Shown piece by piece: positions 61,922 through 64,000 of a stretch of 64,000 bases of DNA. The notes beneath the pieces were generated by a model. It had not been told where the DNA came from and did not search any database. It saw only the letters and a list, made by a program, of their open reading frames with translations. Both the position numbers and the translations under genes were made by a program. Where the stretch lies: NCBI GenBank assembly GCA_965219415.1, contig OZ244742.1, forward strand, positions 1,408,001-1,472,000, given 5' to 3'. The number at the start of each line of letters is the position of its first letter. The first letter of the stretch is position 1. Source of the DNA: Candidatus Marinacidobacterales bacterium (GTDB lineage Bacteria; Acidobacteriota; Vicinamibacteria; Marinacidobacterales; DATDRI01).

Positions 61922-63073
61922 CTAAAGCCCGGCGTCGTTGCGAAGCGCGTCGGCCTTATCGGTTTTCTCCCACGTGAACTCCGGCTCGTTGCGACCGAAG
62001 TGCCCGTAGACGGCGGTTTTCTTGAAGATGGGTCGCCTCAGTTTGAGCGTCTCGATGATCTCTCGCGGCGTAAGCGCAAAATGCGAACGGATGAGCCCGC
62101 TGATTTTCTCTTCGCTCACTTTTCCGGTTCCAAACGTATCGACCATGATGGACACCGGCTCCGGCACTCCGATAGCGTACGCCAGTTGGACCTCGACCTT
62201 CTTGGCCAATCCCCCGGCGACGATGTTCTTCGCGATGTGCCGTGCCATGTAAGAAGCCGAGCGGTCCACCTTGGTTGGGTCCTTTCCGGAGAATGCTCCG
62301 CCTCCGTGGCTTCCCACACCCCCATAGGTATCGACAATGATCTTTCGACCGGTGACGCCGCAGTCGCCCATCGGCCCGCCGATCACGAAGCGACCGGTGG
62401 GATTGATGAAGTACTTAGTGTCCTTGTCGAGCAGTTTTTCCGGGATAACGTGCTTAATGACCTGTTCTTTGATCTCCTCACGGAGGGTCTCGTTCTTCAC
62501 GAGGTTGGAATGCTGGGAAGAAATAACGACCGCCTCGATGCGAGCCGGGCGCTCCCCCTCGTACTCGACGGTGACCTGACTCTTACCGTCGGGCCTCAGA
62601 TAGTCCAAGATCTCTTTCTTTCTGGCTTCCGCCAAGCGCTGCACCAGTTTGTGCGCCAACATGATCGGCATCGGCATCAGCTCTTCGGTCTCGTCGCATG
62701 CGTAGCCGAACATCAATCCCTGGTCGCCCGCGCCTCCCGGATCGACGCCCTGCGCGATGTCCGGGGACTGCTCCTTGACCGCCGAGATGACACCACAGGT
62801 TTCGTAATCGAAACCAAACTTGGCGCGCGTGTAACCCACGTCGCGTATCGTACTGCGCACGATTTCCGACAGGTCTACCGATGCCTTACTGGTGATCTCC
62901 CCGGCGATGATCGCCAATCCGGTCGTCACAAGAGTCTCGCAAGCGACGCGGGAGTTCGGGTCGTCCTCAATAAGGGTGTCGAGAATCGAGTCCGAGATCT
63001 GATCTGCAATTTTGTCCGGATGGCCTTCGGTGACCGACTCGGATGTAAAAAGGTGCTTTCCGTCCTTGCTCAT
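61922..63073 (-). CDS. metK: S-adenosylmethionine synthetase
   Basis: [39 protein letters not shown]. Confidence 0.98.
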   Translation of the reverse strand: MSKDGKHLFTSESVTEGHPDKIADQISDSILDTLIEDDPNSRVACETLVTTGLAIIAGEITSKASVDLSEIVRSTIRDVGYTRAKFGFDYETCGVISAVKEQSPDIAQGVDPGGAGDQGLMFGYACDETEELMPMPIMLAHKLVQRLAEARKKEILDYLRPDGKSQVTVEYEGERPARIEAVVISSQHSNLVKNETLREEIKEQVIKHVIPEKLLDKDTKYFINPTGRFVIGGPMGDCGVTGRKIIVDTYGGVGSHGGGAFSGKDPTKVDRSASYMARHIAKNIVAGGLAKKVEVQLAYAIGVPEPVSIMVDTFGTGKVSEEKISGLIRSHFALTPREIIETLKLRRPIFKKTAVYGHFGRNEPEFTWEKTDKADALRNDAGL

Positions 63074-63183
63074 CTCCTCCTCCAAGCCTAAGACTGGGTC
63101 TAACTGGACCTTACTGGTAGTTCCCAGTCCCGAGACTAAGTCTTCAGTGGACCGTGTCTAACGGATCGGCGACAAAGCCAATT

Positions 63184-63212
63184 ATTGTAACATACCCTTA
63201 AAGCCAGGTCAA
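63184..63212 (-). promoter_or_regulatory. Sigma70-type promoter of metK
   Basis: TTGACC-N17-TACAAT with extended TG. Confidence 0.75.
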
Positions 63213-63241
63213 CGGAAAACGCTCGTCATCCATTGGTAGGC

Positions 63242-64000
63242 ATGGCCTGGCCCGGCATGCCACTCCCGGCGCGCTCGGCCCGACAGAAAGAGCCACTTGA
63301 ATCCTGGACCGGTTTTCGATTGAATCGCAGTGGAGTGCACCGAAAAACTCCAACTCGGCAACCTCATGCGCCGCGCCCCCACTCGGGTCCGGTTCGTCCC
63401 ACGCCGCGGACCAGGCGGGCGCGCGGTTTTTCCGACCGACCGTTTCTTCGCGATCTCTTGCTCGCCTCCGGGATTTTCGCAATCGCGACGGTGGTTCTCA
63501 CCTACCCCCTTGCCATTCACCCAACGAGCTTGGGCCGTTTCGATAATGGAGATGCCCGGCTCAACGCTTGGGCCATGTCGTGGGTTGCGAACCAACTGAT
63601 TCATGATCCCCTACATCTTTTCCAAGCGAACACCTTTTACCCGCTGCCCAACACCCTGGCTTTCTCCGAACATCTTTTCGTTCCCGGCCTCATGACGCTG
63701 CCCCTTCTCCAGGTAACAAACGACCTCGTCCTTTCCTACAACGTCGTTTTCCTGTTTTCGATTTTCCTATCGGCGGTCGGCATGTATGTCCTCACCGTGT
63801 CTCTTACCGGCAGCCGGTTGGCCGGTATCGTGGCTGGACTGCTCTTCTCGTTCGCGCCGTACCGATTCAATCGCCTACCCCATATCCAGATGCAACTCTA
63901 CGCTTTTCTTCCCCTAGCTCTCGCCTGCCTTCACCGCTTTCTCGATACCGGCAAACGCAGTTGGGCGTGGTGCACGGCAGGCTTCTTCTTGCTGCAAGTG
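63242..64000 (+). CDS. GT-C/YfhO-like multi-pass membrane protein, partial (runs off the window)
   Basis: Open frame GDARLNAWAMSWV...LFQANTFYPLPNTLAFSEH...FSFAPYRF..HIQ; start uncertain; absent from the ORF track because it has no stop in the window. Confidence 0.75.
   Translation, partial: MAWPGMPLPARSARQKEPLESWTGFRLNRSGVHRKTPTRQPHAPRPHSGPVRPTPRTRRARGFSDRPFLRDLLLASGIFAIATVVLTYPLAIHPTSLGRFDNGDARLNAWAMSWVANQLIHDPLHLFQANTFYPLPNTLAFSEHLFVPGLMTLPLLQVTNDLVLSYNVVFLFSIFLSAVGMYVLTVSLTGSRLAGIVAGLLFSFAPYRFNRLPHIQMQLYAFLPLALACLHRFLDTGKRSWAWCTAGFFLLQV

Noticed and set aside
61829-63091. Long + strand ORF (420 aa), and similar ORFs at 46796-47830, 17935-18864 and 34195-35391
   Set aside because: Antisense shadows of real genes (metK, nusA and others), expected with GC-rich codon usage; no motifs of their own.
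1-64000. CRISPR arrays, tRNA or rRNA genes
   Set aside because: No regularly spaced repeats with unique spacers, no cloverleaf with a T-loop, and no rRNA-like stretch were seen.

Overview
This is a GC-rich bacterial chromosomal window, most likely Acidobacteriota (inferred from the fused lptF-lptG, the Fis-like gene after purC, the ECF/ZAS/DUF4097 module and the GT-C-like membrane gene). It is mostly core machinery: rplS-trmD-rimM-khpA-rpsP-ffh, ribBA-ribE-ribD-ftsY, thpR-cinA-pgpA-rqcH, an NtrY/NtrX-like pair, nrdR, purC, groES, pnp-rpsO-truB-rbfA-infB-nusA-rimP, rimO, asnS, amgK/murU-like genes, smc, lptFG and metK. There is one complete ISL3 element with 24-bp IRs, an 8-bp TSD and a -1 frameshift transposase. 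The most striking pattern is selective gene erosion. About 30 housekeeping genes are intact, while cyclic-nucleotide signalling genes (class III adenylate cyclase, CYTH/class IV cyclase-like, cNMP-binding, HD-GYP) and a giant TPR gene are broken. At least one of them (the CYTH gene) is cut down to a short in-frame scar that keeps translational coupling. Other candidates: tandem NrdR boxes at the smc promoter, a nested three-helix RNA-like structure between an orphan groES and a PilZ gene, a switch-like metK leader, a two-copy ~130-bp REP/MITE-like element ending on TAG stop codons, and dispersed 9-bp-period microrepeats. No rRNA, tRNA or CRISPR array was seen. All calls come from reading motifs by eye; no searches were run.
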